Assembly (NCBI RefSeq): GCF_056712565.1 | Contig: NZ_CM160072.1 | Reading direction: 5' to 3' (one strand) | DNA length: 64,000 nucleotides | Part shown: positions 42,348 through 54,248 of the stretch, in pieces | How positions within the stretch are numbered: position 1 is the first letter of the stretch | How the letters are laid out: every line of letters begins with the position of its first letter | The notes under the pieces: model-generated | The model's input: the letters and a program-made list of their open reading frames with translations, nothing else | Told to the model about the DNA's origin: nothing | The model's database searches: none | Position numbers and translations under genes: made by a program

Positions 42348-42806
42348 ATGAGCGAAAAATACATCGTCACCTGGGACATGTTGCAGATCCATGCACGTAA
42401 ACTCGCAAGCCGACTGATGCCTTCTGAACAATGGAAAGGCATTATTGCCGTAAGCCGTGGCGGTCTGGTACCGGGTGCGTTACTGGCGCGTGAACTGGGT
42501 ATTCGTCATGTCGATACCGTTTGTATTTCCAGCTACGATCACGACAACCAGCGCGAGCTTAAAGTGCTGAAACGCGCAGAAGGCGATGGCGAAGGCTTCA
42601 TCGTTATTGATGACCTGGTAGATACCGGTGGTACTGCGGTTGCGATTCGTGAAATGTATCCAAAAGCGCACTTTATCACCATCTTCGCAAAACCGGCCGG
42701 TCGTCCGCTGGTTGATGATTATGTTGTTGATATTCCGCAAAATACCTGGATCGAACAGCCGTGGGATATGGGCGTCGTATTCGTCCCGCCAATCTCCGGT
42801 CGCTAA
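42348..42806 (+). CDS. gpt: Xanthine-guanine phosphoribosyltransferase Gpt
   Basis: 152-aa ORF; PRTase motif ([11 protein letters not shown]). Confidence 0.95.
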   Translation: MSEKYIVTWDMLQIHARKLASRLMPSEQWKGIIAVSRGGLVPGALLARELGIRHVDTVCISSYDHDNQRELKVLKRAEGDGEGFIVIDDLVDTGGTAVAIREMYPKAHFITIFAKPAGRPLVDDYVVDIPQNTWIEQPWDMGVVFVPPISGR

Positions 42807-42897
42807 TCTTTTCAACGCCTGGCACTGCCGGGCGTTGTTCTTTTTAACTTCAGGCAGGTTACAATAGTTTCCAGTAAGTATTCTGGAGGCTGCATCC

Positions 42898-44142
42898 ATG
42901 ACACAGGCAAACCTGAGCGAAACCCTGTTCAAACCCCGCTTTAAACATCCTGAAACCTCGACGCTAGTCCGCCGCTTTAGTCACGGCGCACAACCGCCTG
43001 TGCAGTCGGCCCTTGATGGTAAAACCATCCCTCACTGGTATCGCATGATTAACCGTCTGATGTGGATCTGGCGCGGCATTGACCCCCGTGAAATCCTCGA
43101 TGTCCAGGCGCGTATTGTGATGAGCGATGCCGAACGTACCGACGATGATTTATACGATACGGTGATTGGCTACCGCGGCGGCAACTGGATTTATGAGTGG
43201 GCTACCCAGGCGATGGTGTGGCAACAAAAAGCCTGTGCGGAAGAAGATCCGCAACTCAGCGGTCGACACTGGCTGCATGCGGCTACGTTGTACAACATTG
43301 CTGCCTATCCTCATCTGAAAGGAGATGACCTGGCCGAGCAAGCGCAGGCTTTGTCAAACCGCGCCTATGAAGAGGCCGCTCAGCGTCTGCCGGGCACGAT
43401 GCGGCAGATGGAGTTTACCGTACCCGGCGGTGCGCCCATCACCGGCTTTTTGCATATGCCGAAAGGCGATGGCCCGTTCCCGACAGTATTAATGTGTGGT
43501 GGTCTGGATGCGATGCAGACGGACTATTACAGCCTGTATGAACGTTATTTTGCGCCGCGCGGCATTGCTATGCTGACTATTGATATGCCGTCGGTGGGCT
43601 TTTCTTCAAAATGGAAGCTCACCCAGGACTCCAGCCTGTTGCATCAGCACGTTTTAAAGGCGCTGCCTAACGTACCGTGGGTGGATCACACTCGCGTCGC
43701 GGCCTTTGGTTTCCGTTTCGGCGCTAACGTTGCCGTGCGTCTGGCATACCTTGAATCGCCACGTCTGAAAGCGGTTGCTTGTCTTGGTCCGGTAGTTCAT
43801 ACCCTGTTGAGTGATTTTAAGTGCCAGCAACAGGTGCCGGAAATGTATCTTGACGTTCTGGCCAGTCGTTTAGGGATGCATGATGCTTCCGATGAAGCGT
43901 TGCGCGTGGAGTTGAATCGCTATTCATTAAAAGTGCAAGGATTGCTGGGACGTCGCTGCCCAACGCCAATGTTATCAGGCTACTGGAAGAACGATCCGTT
44001 CAGCCCGGAAGAGGACTCACGCTTAATCACGTCGTCATCTGCTGACGGTAAATTATTAGAGATCCCATTTAACCCGGTGTATCGGAATTTTGACAAAGGC
44101 CTTCAGGAAATCACAGACTGGATCGAAAAACGTTTGTGTTAA
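42898..44142 (+). CDS. frsA: Esterase FrsA (fermentation/respiration switch protein)
   Basis: 414-aa ORF, alpha/beta hydrolase. Confidence 0.9.
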   Translation: MTQANLSETLFKPRFKHPETSTLVRRFSHGAQPPVQSALDGKTIPHWYRMINRLMWIWRGIDPREILDVQARIVMSDAERTDDDLYDTVIGYRGGNWIYEWATQAMVWQQKACAEEDPQLSGRHWLHAATLYNIAAYPHLKGDDLAEQAQALSNRAYEEAAQRLPGTMRQMEFTVPGGAPITGFLHMPKGDGPFPTVLMCGGLDAMQTDYYSLYERYFAPRGIAMLTIDMPSVGFSSKWKLTQDSSLLHQHVLKALPNVPWVDHTRVAAFGFRFGANVAVRLAYLESPRLKAVACLGPVVHTLLSDFKCQQQVPEMYLDVLASRLGMHDASDEALRVELNRYSLKVQGLLGRRCPTPMLSGYWKNDPFSPEEDSRLITSSSADGKLLEIPFNPVYRNFDKGLQEITDWIEKRLC

Positions 44143-44601
<459 letters not shown>

Positions 44602-44608
44602 ATGAAAT

Positions 44609-44705
44609 GTGCCGGATGCGATGTTAGAGCATCTCTTCCGGCCTGAAATATTGGTTTTCGTAGTTTTCGTAGGCCGGATAAGGCGTTCACGCCGCATCCG
44701 GCAAT
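44609..44705. repeat. REP element
   Basis: gccggatgcg...cgtaggccggataaggcgttcacgccgcatccggc. Confidence 0.75.
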
Positions 44706-44710
44706 ATTCA

Positions 44711-45766
44711 TTAAAACTGATACGTCATCCCAACCGCGACAATATCATCATTGTTGATATTCAGCTTATTATCGCTATCCAGCTGATTAATTTTATAATC
44801 AACAAACGCTGACATATTTTTGTTGAAATAATACGTAGCACCAACATCGACATAATTGACCAGATCTTCATCACCGATGCCCTCAATATCTTTCCCTTTC
44901 GATAAGACATAACCCAGCGATGGACGCAGACCAAAGTCAAACTGGTATTGAGCGACCGCTTCAAAGTTCTGCGTCTTATTGGCAAAACCGCCAGAGATTG
45001 GCGTCATTTTACGTGTTTCAGAATAGAAAGTTGCCAGATAAATATTATTGGCATCGTATTTCAGACCTGTTGCCCATGCTTCTGCACGCTTGCCTGTGCC
45101 ACGGCTTTGCAGGTTCTGCTCGTTGGTGCGATCAGAGTTGGTATAGGCTCCACTGATGGCGAAATCGCTGCCACCAAAGTCATATGTCAATGACGTGCCG
45201 AAGCCATCGCCGTTTTGCTTTTTAACGTCGCGGTTTTCGTTTTTCCCTTGATATTGCAGGGTTAAGTTCAGGCCATCGATAACGCCGAAGAAGTCGGTGT
45301 TCCGATACGTCGCCAGACCGCTGGCGCGTTTGGTCATAAAGTTGTCGGTCTGCGCCGAGGAGTCGCCACCAAATTCCGGGAACATATCGGTCCAGGCTTC
45401 CACGTCATACAACGCGCCCAGGTTACGACCATAATCGAAAGAACCCAAATCTTTATATTTCAACCCGGCAAAAGCGAGACGCGTTTTTTGCTGTGCAGTA
45501 TCACTCTCCGCTTTATTACCGGCAAACTCAGCTTCCCAACGACCATAACCAGTCAGTTGAACGTTAATTTGTGTTTCGCCTTTAAAACCAAAACGGATAT
45601 AACTCTGGTCGCCATCTTTACTGTCATTATCACTCATATAATGCATGGCTTTAACTTTGCCATAGACATCCAGTTTATTACCGTCTTTGTTATATATTTC
45701 TGCGGCCTGTACGGATACAGATGCCACAATGCCCATCACCACTAATGCCAGAGTGCTCTTTTTCAT
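44711..45766 (-). CDS. phoE: Outer membrane phosphoporin PhoE
   Basis: ORF-track frame 44711..45772; ATG 45766 (MKKSTLAL...) has a better-spaced RBS and gives 351 aa; C-terminal porin motif ending ...YQF. Confidence 0.9.
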   Translation of the reverse strand: MKKSTLALVVMGIVASVSVQAAEIYNKDGNKLDVYGKVKAMHYMSDNDSKDGDQSYIRFGFKGETQINVQLTGYGRWEAEFAGNKAESDTAQQKTRLAFAGLKYKDLGSFDYGRNLGALYDVEAWTDMFPEFGGDSSAQTDNFMTKRASGLATYRNTDFFGVIDGLNLTLQYQGKNENRDVKKQNGDGFGTSLTYDFGGSDFAISGAYTNSDRTNEQNLQSRGTGKRAEAWATGLKYDANNIYLATFYSETRKMTPISGGFANKTQNFEAVAQYQFDFGLRPSLGYVLSKGKDIEGIGDEDLVNYVDVGATYYFNKNMSAFVDYKINQLDSDNKLNINNDDIVAVGMTYQF

Positions 45767-45844
45767 TTTCATTCCTGATTTTAATTAACGCGCGAATATT
45801 CAGCGGGAGAGTCCCGTTGAAAACAGGAAAGTTTTTAACCTGAG

Positions 45845-45865
45845 ATTGTTAAAGATATATTACAG
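45845..45865 (-). promoter_or_regulatory. Putative Pho box upstream of phoE
   Basis: Minus-strand CTGTAATATATCTTTAACAAT resembles the PhoB-binding direct-repeat consensus; recalled, not computed. Confidence 0.4.
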
Positions 45866-46054
45866 ATTAATAATATTCTTAAAATGTGGTAATTTATTAA
45901 ATCTGTAATAAAAGCGTAAACAACTGCCGCTACGCTTGCTGATCCCGCGCAACAAAACGCCATGCTTTGCTCGCAGATGGTTGGCAACCGACGACAGTCC
46001 TGCTAAAACGTTCGTTTGATATCATTTTTTCCTAAAATTGAATGGCAGAGAATC

Positions 46055-47158
46055 ATGAGTGGCAGCCAGACGCTGGTGGTAAAACTCGGCACCAGTGTGC
46101 TAACAGGCGGATCGCGCCGCCTGAACCGTGCCCATATCGTTGAACTTGTTCGCCAGTGCGCGCAGTTACATGCCGCCGGGCATCGGATTGTTATTGTGAC
46201 GTCAGGTGCGATTGCCGCCGGACGTGAGCACCTGGGGTACCCGGAATTGCCAGCGACTATCGCTTCAAAACAGCTGCTGGCGGCGGTAGGGCAGAGTCGA
46301 CTGATTCAACTGTGGGAACAGCTGTTTTCAATTTACGGCATTCATGTCGGGCAGATGTTGCTGACCCGTGCTGATATGGAAGATCGTGAACGCTTCCTGA
46401 ACGCCCGCGATACCCTGCGTGCGTTGCTCGATAACAATATCGTTCCGGTAATTAATGAGAACGATGCTGTCGCTACTGCAGAGATTAAGGTCGGTGATAA
46501 CGATAACCTTTCTGCGCTGGCGGCGATTCTGGCGGGTGCCGATAAACTGTTGCTGCTGACCGATCAAAAAGGTTTGTATACCGCTGACCCGCGCAGCAAT
46601 CCGCAGGCAGAACTGATTAAAGATGTGTACGGCATTGATGACGCACTGCGCGCGATTGCCGGTGATAGCGTTTCAGGCCTCGGAACTGGCGGTATGAGCA
46701 CCAAATTGCAGGCCGCTGACGTGGCTTGCCGTGCGGGTATCGACACCATTATTGCCGCGGGCAGCAAGCCGGGCGTTATTGGTGATGTGATGGAAGGCAT
46801 TTCCGTCGGTACGCTGTTCCATGCCCAGGCGACTCCGCTTGAAAACCGTAAACGCTGGATTTTCGGTGCGCCGCCTGCGGGTGAAATCACGGTAGATGAA
46901 GGGGCAACTGCCGCCATTCTGGAACGCGGCAGCTCCCTGTTGCCGAAAGGCATTAAAAGCGTGACTGGCAATTTCTCGCGTGGTGAAGTCATCCGTATTT
47001 GCAACCTCGAAGGTCGCGATATCGCCCACGGCGTCAGTCGTTACAACAGCGATGCATTACGCCGTATTGCCGGACACCACTCGCAAGAAATTGATGCAAT
47101 ACTGGGATATGAATACGGCCCGGTTGCCGTTCACCGTGATGACATGATTACCCGTTAA
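46055..47158 (+). CDS. proB: Glutamate 5-kinase ProB
   Basis: ORF-track frame 46016..47158; ATG 46055 ([12 protein letters not shown]...) gives 367 aa. Confidence 0.95.
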   Translation: MSGSQTLVVKLGTSVLTGGSRRLNRAHIVELVRQCAQLHAAGHRIVIVTSGAIAAGREHLGYPELPATIASKQLLAAVGQSRLIQLWEQLFSIYGIHVGQMLLTRADMEDRERFLNARDTLRALLDNNIVPVINENDAVATAEIKVGDNDNLSALAAILAGADKLLLLTDQKGLYTADPRSNPQAELIKDVYGIDDALRAIAGDSVSGLGTGGMSTKLQAADVACRAGIDTIIAAGSKPGVIGDVMEGISVGTLFHAQATPLENRKRWIFGAPPAGEITVDEGATAAILERGSSLLPKGIKSVTGNFSRGEVIRICNLEGRDIAHGVSRYNSDALRRIAGHHSQEIDAILGYEYGPVAVHRDDMITR

Positions 47159-47169
47159 GGAGCTGGCCG

Positions 47170-48423
47170 ATGCTGGAACAAATGGGCATTGCCGCGAAGC
47201 AAGCCTCGTATAAATTAGCGCAACTCTCCAGCCGCGAAAAAAATCGTGTGCTGGAAAAAATCGCCGATGAACTGGAAGCACAAAGCGAAAGTATCCTCAA
47301 CGCTAACGCACAGGATGTTGCAGACGCGCGTGCCAATGGCCTTAGCGAAGCGATGCTTGACCGTCTGGCACTGACGCCCGCACGGCTGAAAGGCATTGCC
47401 GACGATGTGCGCCAGGTGTGCAATCTCGCCGATCCTGTGGGGCAGGTAATCGATGGCGGCGTACTGGACAGCGGCCTGCGTCTTGAGCGTCGTCGCGTAC
47501 CGCTGGGGGTGATTGGCGTGATTTATGAAGCGCGCCCGAACGTGACGGTTGATGTTGCTTCCCTGTGCCTGAAAACCGGTAACGCGGTGATCCTGCGCGG
47601 CGGCAAAGAAACCTGTCGCACTAACGCTGCAACGGTAGCGGTGATTCAGGACGCCCTGAAATCCTGCGGCTTACCGGCGGGTGCCGTGCAGGCAATTGAT
47701 AATCCTGACCGTGCGCTGGTCAGTGAAATGCTGCGTATGGATAAATACATCGACATGCTGATCCCGCGCGGTGGGGCTGGTTTGCATAAACTGTGCCGCG
47801 AGCAGTCGACAATCCCGGTGATCACAGGCGGTATAGGCGTATGCCATATTTACGTTGATGAAAGTGCAGAGATCGCTGAAGCCCTGAAAGTAATTGTCAA
47901 CGCGAAAACTCAGCGACCGAGCACATGTAATACGGTAGAAACGTTGCTGGTAAATAAAAACATCGCAGATAGCTTCCTGCCCGCATTAAGCAAACAAATG
48001 GCGGAAAGCGGCGTGACGTTACACGCTGATGCAGCCGCGCTGGCGCAGTTGCAGGCAGGCCCCGCGAAGGTGGTGGCTGTTAAAGCCGAAGAGTATGACG
48101 ATGAGTTTCTGTCATTAGATTTGAACGTCAAAATCGTTAGCGATCTGGATGACGCCATTGCCCATATTCGTGAACACGGCACGCAACACTCCGATGCGAT
48201 CCTGACCCGCGATATGCGCAACGCCCAGCGTTTTGTTAACGAAGTGGATTCCTCCGCTGTTTACGTTAACGCCTCTACGCGTTTTACCGACGGCGGCCAG
48301 TTTGGTCTGGGGGCGGAAGTTGCGGTAAGCACACAAAAACTCCACGCGCGCGGCCCAATGGGGCTGGAAGCTCTGACCACTTACAAGTGGATCGGCATTG
48401 GTGATTACACCATTCGTGCGTAA
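47170..48423 (+). CDS. proA: Gamma-glutamyl phosphate reductase ProA
   Basis: 417-aa ORF 11 nt after proB. Confidence 0.95.
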   Translation: MLEQMGIAAKQASYKLAQLSSREKNRVLEKIADELEAQSESILNANAQDVADARANGLSEAMLDRLALTPARLKGIADDVRQVCNLADPVGQVIDGGVLDSGLRLERRRVPLGVIGVIYEARPNVTVDVASLCLKTGNAVILRGGKETCRTNAATVAVIQDALKSCGLPAGAVQAIDNPDRALVSEMLRMDKYIDMLIPRGGAGLHKLCREQSTIPVITGGIGVCHIYVDESAEIAEALKVIVNAKTQRPSTCNTVETLLVNKNIADSFLPALSKQMAESGVTLHADAAALAQLQAGPAKVVAVKAEEYDDEFLSLDLNVKIVSDLDDAIAHIREHGTQHSDAILTRDMRNAQRFVNEVDSSAVYVNASTRFTDGGQFGLGAEVAVSTQKLHARGPMGLEALTTYKWIGIGDYTIRA

Positions 48424-48537
48424 ATAAAACCGGGTGATGCAAAAGTAGCCATTTGATTCACAAGGCCATTGACGCATCGCCCGGTTAGTTTTAACCTTGT
48501 CCACCGTGATTCACGTTCGTGAACATGTCCTTTCAGG

Positions 48538-48613
48538 GCCGATATAGCTCAGTTGGTAGAGCAGCGCATTCGTAATGCGAAGGTCGTAGGTTCGACTCCT
48601 ATTATCGGCACCA
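48538..48613 (+). tRNA. thrW: tRNA-Thr (anticodon CGT)
   Basis: GCCGATATAGCTCAGTTGGTAGAGCAGCGCATTCGTAATGCG...TTCGACTCCTATTATCGGCACCA; acceptor stem GCCGATA/TATCGGC; anticodon loop TTCGTAA. Confidence 0.9.
48595..48613. repeat. attL-type direct repeat (tRNA-Thr 3' end), copy 1 of 2
   Basis: actcctattatcggcacca is identical to 61340-61358. Confidence 0.85.
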
Positions 48614-49219
48614 TCAAGAAAATCAATAACTTAGCTTAACTTCTCTAAGAAATTGTATCTTCTGTTATCACTTACAAACGCCTATACGTTGTTATGGGCT
48701 TTGGTAGTTTAACACGTATGGGCGAGTAGTTCCCAGGCTCAACCTCGTAACAAGTTCCTTTGAAGCTGGAAGACGTGCCACCGTCTCTAAACCTTCTACC
48801 AAAACTCTTAGCAAGATGTTCCACACCTGGCGCGGTGTCCAATGATGCTACACGTCGTGAGACGTTGCAGAGGATAAACAGGCTAAATGATGGGAAGAGT
48901 TTTAAGTGCAATAGTGGATTAAAGCCCACCTCTTCAAAACCTAACTTGATCGGGAAAGAATCAAGCTCTAGCACGGTTTCGTCCACCGGAGTACAACGGG
49001 TGCCTGATAAGAGAAGAACTGCTAAGACTTCATAGCTTTTGTGAAAAAGCCCTTTTTAGTGGATACGCCTACGGCGCTTATTTTTTGGTATAACCATCAA
49101 AGGCGCTTTATGGCTCCTATTGTCTTGAAAATGTATCTTTACTTGTATTGTGTTTTATGCGTAGTCTCCCTGTGTAGTATGTAACTTGTTAATTTTCATA
49201 TGAATACAGAGGCAACACG

Positions 49220-49378
49220 ATGAAAAACATTGCAGCTATAAAACGTAATAACCGCAAGATTCACGCTCGTAAGTTCCTGTCTACGCCAGAGGGAAAAGCC
49301 TGGCTAGAGCGAAAGCAACGAGAGAACGAAGAAAGAAAACTCCTTAGTGAGTTGAAATGGCTTAGAGAGGATTTCTGA
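49220..49378 (+). CDS. Hypothetical small basic protein (52 aa)
   Basis: ATG with GAGG ~7 nt upstream; MKNIAAIKRNNRKIHARKFLSTPEGKAWLERKQRENEERKLLSELKWLREDF; below ORF-track cutoff. Confidence 0.3.
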   Translation: MKNIAAIKRNNRKIHARKFLSTPEGKAWLERKQRENEERKLLSELKWLREDF

Positions 49379-49670
49379 AAATCTCCAGAACGCAACAAGA
49401 CGCATTCTAACGCTGTTTTCATTGCTTGGTATAGGGATGTATATGTGATGTGTGTTTAATGCGTCTGTGAGCTTGTTTTGTGCCTTATTTTGCATTTTCA
49501 TAATGCAGAAGAGAACACGGAAAACCTTAAAATTAATTATTGGGGTATTTAAGGCTATTTTAAGGGGATTTAAGGGTATTAAACTTGATTTAATTGATTA
49601 AAATATAAACAGATAGCTCTGCATCTTATTGATTTATAAGGTTATTTTTGAATAAAGGTAAATAAAAAAT

Positions 49671-49720
49671 AAATAGCCATAAATAGCTATAAATAGCTAT
49701 AAATACATCTAAATACATAT
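49671..49720. repeat. Five tandem decamers (AAATAGCYAT x3, AAATACATNT x2)
   Basis: aaatagccat aaatagctat aaatagctat aaatacatct aaatacatat. Confidence 0.8.
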
Positions 49721-49819
49721 GAATCCCCTCCCTTATGGCTAGATTGCGAGAGGTGCTTAACGCGATTTTTAGCGCCCCCCGATCTGGAAAATCCAGAATC
49801 CCCAAATATCAAGGAGGCA

Positions 49820-50359
49820 TTACGCCTCCTCTTCTTCCTTCTTAATTCGCTGTACCGTTGAAGGAGCAACATTAAAGCTCTCGGCGGTTTTACGCACTGA
49901 CACGCCAGCGGAAAGGGCTTTCTTTATACCTTCCCTATCTACTGCCTTCCCTTTACCACGCTTTGTAGGATTGACGGCTTGCGCTTCTCGTTTACGCTCT
50001 AACATCAGTTCACGTTCACACGTTGCAACTGCCGACAACATCGTAAGCATCATCTTTCCCATCGCGCTTGTAATGTCAGCAATGATTCCTTCTTTGTGAA
50101 ATCGAACAATTACACCTCGATTATTAAGTTGTTCCACTAAGGCAAGAATGTCTAAGGTGTTACGCCCTAAACGATCAAGAGAGTGGACGTGTAAGGTGTC
50201 GCCTTCTCTCAGATAGGATAAACACGCCTGCAATCCTGGACGGTTAGTGTCTTTACCTGACAGCTTATCTTCAAAGACTTTATCAAGCGTTACTCCTGCA
50301 AGCTGGCGATCAGTGTTCTGATCTACAGTGCTCACACGCTTATAACCGATATTGCTCAT
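49820..50359 (-). CDS. Serine recombinase (resolvase/invertase family)
   Basis: 179-aa ORF; N-terminal YKRVSTVDQNTDRQ (catalytic Ser region) and C-terminal HTH; AAGAGGA 5 nt upstream of ATG. Confidence 0.85.
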   Translation of the reverse strand: MSNIGYKRVSTVDQNTDRQLAGVTLDKVFEDKLSGKDTNRPGLQACLSYLREGDTLHVHSLDRLGRNTLDILALVEQLNNRGVIVRFHKEGIIADITSAMGKMMLTMLSAVATCERELMLERKREAQAVNPTKRGKGKAVDREGIKKALSAGVSVRKTAESFNVAPSTVQRIKKEEEEA

Positions 50360-50399
50360 AAAATCCTCTTAATGTATCGATTTGGCACTACTTCAATGC

Positions 50400-52600
50400 A
50401 AATGAGTATATCGTATTCATTTGGTCTGTTTCAAGCCTTATAGGTACGGAATATTACACGATTTAGATGTATTCATTTGGTATGCCTAATGGATACACAG
50501 GGGAATAGATTAAATGGTGTTCTGTTTATACAGGTTTATTTGTAGATCAACAATTTGGCATTTCTAAACAGATGTTTGAACGTTGCCAAATGTCTTGACA
50601 ACACAAGAAAAGGGCTTGCTATGCCACGCATTACACGAAATAAGGCTATAAAAACAAAATAAATTTTAAAATTTGCACAAACGAGAGAACTCATTCGACA
50701 AATAATAGATTAATTTTTAGCCAACAATTTCTGATGGTGCTCTGTAAGCCGCATTACACAAGGATTTGCGAAAGTGATGTAAAAGTGAAGAAAGTAAGAA
50801 TTGAACTTTTAAGCTACTTTTTCATTGAATTTTTAGTATGGAATTACACAGGAATAAGTTAGGGATATTCTATGATTTACACAGGGAATATAGGGGGATT
50901 ATGGCACACACATAGAAAGACATTACACAGAGTGCTATGTGACAAATGGATGTAACGAGAGGTTACATTCAGCTATCTGAAATGCTCTCTGTAAGAAAGT
51001 TGGTAGTAACGATATGTTACATAGACTAATTATTGAATGTAACGATATTACACATCGGAAGATGATTGAATGTAACGGTAGCTCACAGTGAACTAGGGGT
51101 AGGTCATAGTGAACTACCCCCACAGAATTCTGTTACCCCTATCAAGTCTGATACCCCTACCCCTATCAAAACTAATACCCGATAAGAATAAATAACACCT
51201 AGGAAATGATTTCCGATCTATTTAGGAAGTAACCTAGGAAGTGGTTTCCTACCTACTTAGGAAATGAGTTCCTACCTACCTAGGAAATGAGTTCCACCAA
51301 TACTATAATTAAATACTATAATTAAATAATATAAATAATATTCTTTATACTATATAGGTCATAGTGAGCTAGGGGGTAGGTCACTGTGAGCTACCCCCAC
51401 AGAATTCTGTTAATCTTAACTTTTAAAGAGATTTTTACCCTAACAAAATTCTGTTACCCCACCCTAACAGAATTCTGTTAGACACCCCCACAGAAAACTG
51501 TTAGACACCCCCACAGAATTCTGTTACCTATTAGATCATTTATTAAATTACTTATTAAATTATAATATTATATATTTATTTATATGATCTTTTGCCTTCC
51601 GGCGTTAGCTTCACTCTCTGGCAAGCAGCCTTACTCCGCTACCTTTGGGCTTCGTGGCTGGCCCGTTCCGCTCACACCGAAAGCAAAGCGTTACTTTCTT
51701 CGTGTAACTATCGTTGGCGGTAACGCCCACGAAGAAATACTATTGCGCTGTGCGCAGAAGAGTAATCACCTAACCAATCATACTGATTGCTTATGTGTTA
51801 ACTCTATCTCTCTACCTCGTAATTACCCTCCTACACTTAATAACTCTCGTTATTCTCTGTAGTTGTGTAATTACTCGAAGAGAGAGCGGCTAAAGCTCAA
51901 TTACACTCTGCTTTCCTCGTGTAATTTCACTAAGCCTCAATACAATTCCACTTCCTACATTCTGTAGTCGTGTAATTGTTTTCGGTGGAAAAGCCAGAGG
52001 CGACACCGAAAGAGAATTCTGATCTTATTAATCTTATCTATCTTAGTTATCTTACTTACTTATCTTACTTACTTTATCTACTTTATTATTAATAATAGCT
52101 TTATAAGCTCTCTGTAGCTCTCTGACGCAAGAAACAGCATTCAGGAAGGGAATCACCTTAGAAAAGTGTTCTTTGCGTCATAATGTGTTTTATGAAGGAT
52201 TCAGAGGTGTTTCATAACAGGAGTGTATAGAGGATACTTTAATTAATTAAAAATAAGGGGTCTAAATGCTTCTCTAACAGCATTAAGCAGGGTAGGGAAT
52301 GGAAACGCATTGTCTACATATATAAACTCACTACAGGGCTTTACAGAGCGTTTTATAAAGTGACTCTCTATCTTATATCTACCATCACCTTTTCATATAC
52401 CTAACAAATACAAAATAAGCCCCTTAAATAAGCCTCTGGCGAGCTAAACAGCCATTAGATAAGGCAATGTATTGCTTTTATCAAAATCTCGTTAGAACGC
52501 GTTTTAGAGCGTTTTAGCGGATAATGAAGAATAGCACTACACAGAAGAGCACGAATTGCTAAGAAAAAATGTAAGTGCATGAAAAAGATCAGATTTTTTA
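50400..52600. repeat. ~2.2 kb non-coding, iteron-rich, origin-like region
   Basis: Several short-repeat families: ATTACAC(A/G) x7 (50454-51055), TGTAACG x3, CCCCCACAGAATTCTGTTA-type x6 (51107-51527, last four phased ~22-23 bp, palindromic core ACAGAATTCTGT), GGAAATGATTTCC-type x4 (51198-51295), CGTGTAAYT x4 (51698-51980), ATCTTA-rich AT tract (52020-52100). Confidence 0.7.
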
Positions 52601-52751
52601 TGAAAAGGTATTGACAAATGTTTCTTTATATGTAATAATAGGTATTAGAGGGACAGAAAACATTCTTCTCTAAATAATCAAAATCAATGCACTTTGAAGC
52701 CGTCAGGCTTGCAAGGTGTTTTATTTCTTTTAACTGAATAAGGAGTTTTTT

Positions 52752-52934
52752 ATGAAATGGTTTACACCGGAACACGTCGTCCAGGCATTTAAAAAAGGTG
52801 AGCTTACACGCCACCAAGTAGTAATGAACCGTAATATGGCAAGGAGTCGAGGTTATCCAGAGCGTGAAAAATGTTTTGACGATGCACTGAAAATTATTGA
52901 TGAACTGCGTAAGAAAGAAGCAGAGAAAGAATAA
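52752..52934 (+). CDS. Hypothetical small protein (60 aa)
   Basis: AAGGAG 7 nt upstream of ATG; first gene of plus-strand operon. Confidence 0.6.
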   Translation: MKWFTPEHVVQAFKKGELTRHQVVMNRNMARSRGYPEREKCFDDALKIIDELRKKEAEKE

Positions 52935-52956
52935 TAGACAAGAGGAGGAGAAAACT

Positions 52957-53124
52957 ATGAGCGAAACTAAGAAACCAATTCCGCGCACTTACCTACACGT
53001 TGACCCTGAAATCTTCAAGGTTTTATTTGCTGAAGCCAAGAAAAGGCAAATTATGGTCAGTGATTTGATGTTAGAAATCATTACTGAAGCAGCAGAGAAC
53101 ATCAAACAAAAAAAGGGTAAGTGA
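52957..53124 (+). CDS. Putative ribbon-helix-helix (CopG/Arc-like) DNA-binding protein
   Basis: GAGGAGGAG RBS before ATG 52957; short beta-strand then two helices (RTYLHVDPEIFKVLFAEAKKRQIMVSDLMLEIITEAAENI); ORF track extends the frame to 52897. Confidence 0.5.
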   Translation: MSETKKPIPRTYLHVDPEIFKVLFAEAKKRQIMVSDLMLEIITEAAENIKQKKGK

Positions 53125-53175
53125 TCCTCATTCACTTTAGTAGCGCATTAAGCGTGATTTATAAGGAGATTTTTA

Positions 53176-53829
53176 ATGATTAATGAAGAACAATTTGTAA
53201 AAGTTCCTATGTGGATTCTAAAAATAAGCCAAGTAAACGGGCATAAATTTACAGATAGTGCTAAAAACCTTTACTGCTATCTGAAAGGGTTTGATCGTGC
53301 ATTTCCCTCTTACGCTAAGATAGGCGATGTTTTTGGCATAACACCAAGAGCAGCAGAGGAAAGGGTTAAGAAATTGCTCGAAATGGGGTTAATTATAAAA
53401 GATGCACGACCAGGAAGTTCTAATGTCTATCAAGTGGTAGATATTCCACAAGAAGAAGCTAGACAAGAAGCCAAAACACAACAAGAAGCTACCGTTAAAG
53501 CTGTTCCTGAACAGCTTCCCCCTACGGAAGATAATAAACAGCCTTCTTTTGATGTTCTTGATGATTGGGATGCGCCTTTGCCGTGGGAGACGGAAGAAAC
53601 ACCTGTTTCATCAAGTGAAAAGGTAGCTAATGATAATGAGGAGGATGTGTTAGAGAATTTTGCCTCTCTTATCTGCCGGCAGAAGAATACCAGAACAGCA
53701 GGGGCATCATTTATAGAATTTGCAAATTCACTAGCTTATAGACACGGGCTAAAACGACCAAATGGTATTGAGGCATATTTTTCTAAGCATTACCCAAATG
53801 TATACGAAGACTTTGATATTCCATTTTAA
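53176..53829 (+). CDS. Putative winged-HTH replication-initiator-like protein
   Basis: 217-aa ORF, AAGGAG RBS; N-terminal wHTH-like region, acidic linker, C-terminal domain; ~600 bp downstream of iteron array; function inferred. Confidence 0.45.
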   Translation: MINEEQFVKVPMWILKISQVNGHKFTDSAKNLYCYLKGFDRAFPSYAKIGDVFGITPRAAEERVKKLLEMGLIIKDARPGSSNVYQVVDIPQEEARQEAKTQQEATVKAVPEQLPPTEDNKQPSFDVLDDWDAPLPWETEETPVSSSEKVANDNEEDVLENFASLICRQKNTRTAGASFIEFANSLAYRHGLKRPNGIEAYFSKHYPNVYEDFDIPF

Positions 53830-53840
53830 TAAGGAGGGTT

Positions 53841-54116
53841 ATGATTCAATATTTAGTAAAAAATCAAGTAGACAGAATTCAGTGTAATGACACAGGAAAA
53901 CGCATCTATGAAACGCTTGCTTTCCTATACAAAGGAAAGCCAACACCGCTAAAATATAGCGATGTGTTACATCGAGCAGGGTGCTCTGAAGATGGTTTAA
54001 AATTCTGGCTGAAACAGCTATCAAACTTCGGTGTTATTGAGATTAAAGAATTATCTTTCTCTACATTCAATCTCAAAAGACTAGATAAAGTAGAATTCAT
54101 CTATTCCACTCTCTAA
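53841..54116 (+). CDS. Hypothetical small wHTH-like protein
   Basis: 91-aa ORF with AAGGAGGG RBS. Confidence 0.55.
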   Translation: MIQYLVKNQVDRIQCNDTGKRIYETLAFLYKGKPTPLKYSDVLHRAGCSEDGLKFWLKQLSNFGVIEIKELSFSTFNLKRLDKVEFIYSTL

Positions 54117-54248
54117 AATCTCTCTATGTAATTAAAATATAAAAGGAAAACATTATTATGATAGTAGCTATGTATTGGTTATTGTTCTTTCTCACGTTAG
54201 AAACATATTTCGGGGTGTTTTCCTTTAAAAGAAAAGGAAAAATAAATA

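Noticed and set aside
51584..51862. 92-aa ORF inside the iteron region
   Set aside because: No RBS; spans self-complementary GC-rich segments; more likely non-coding.
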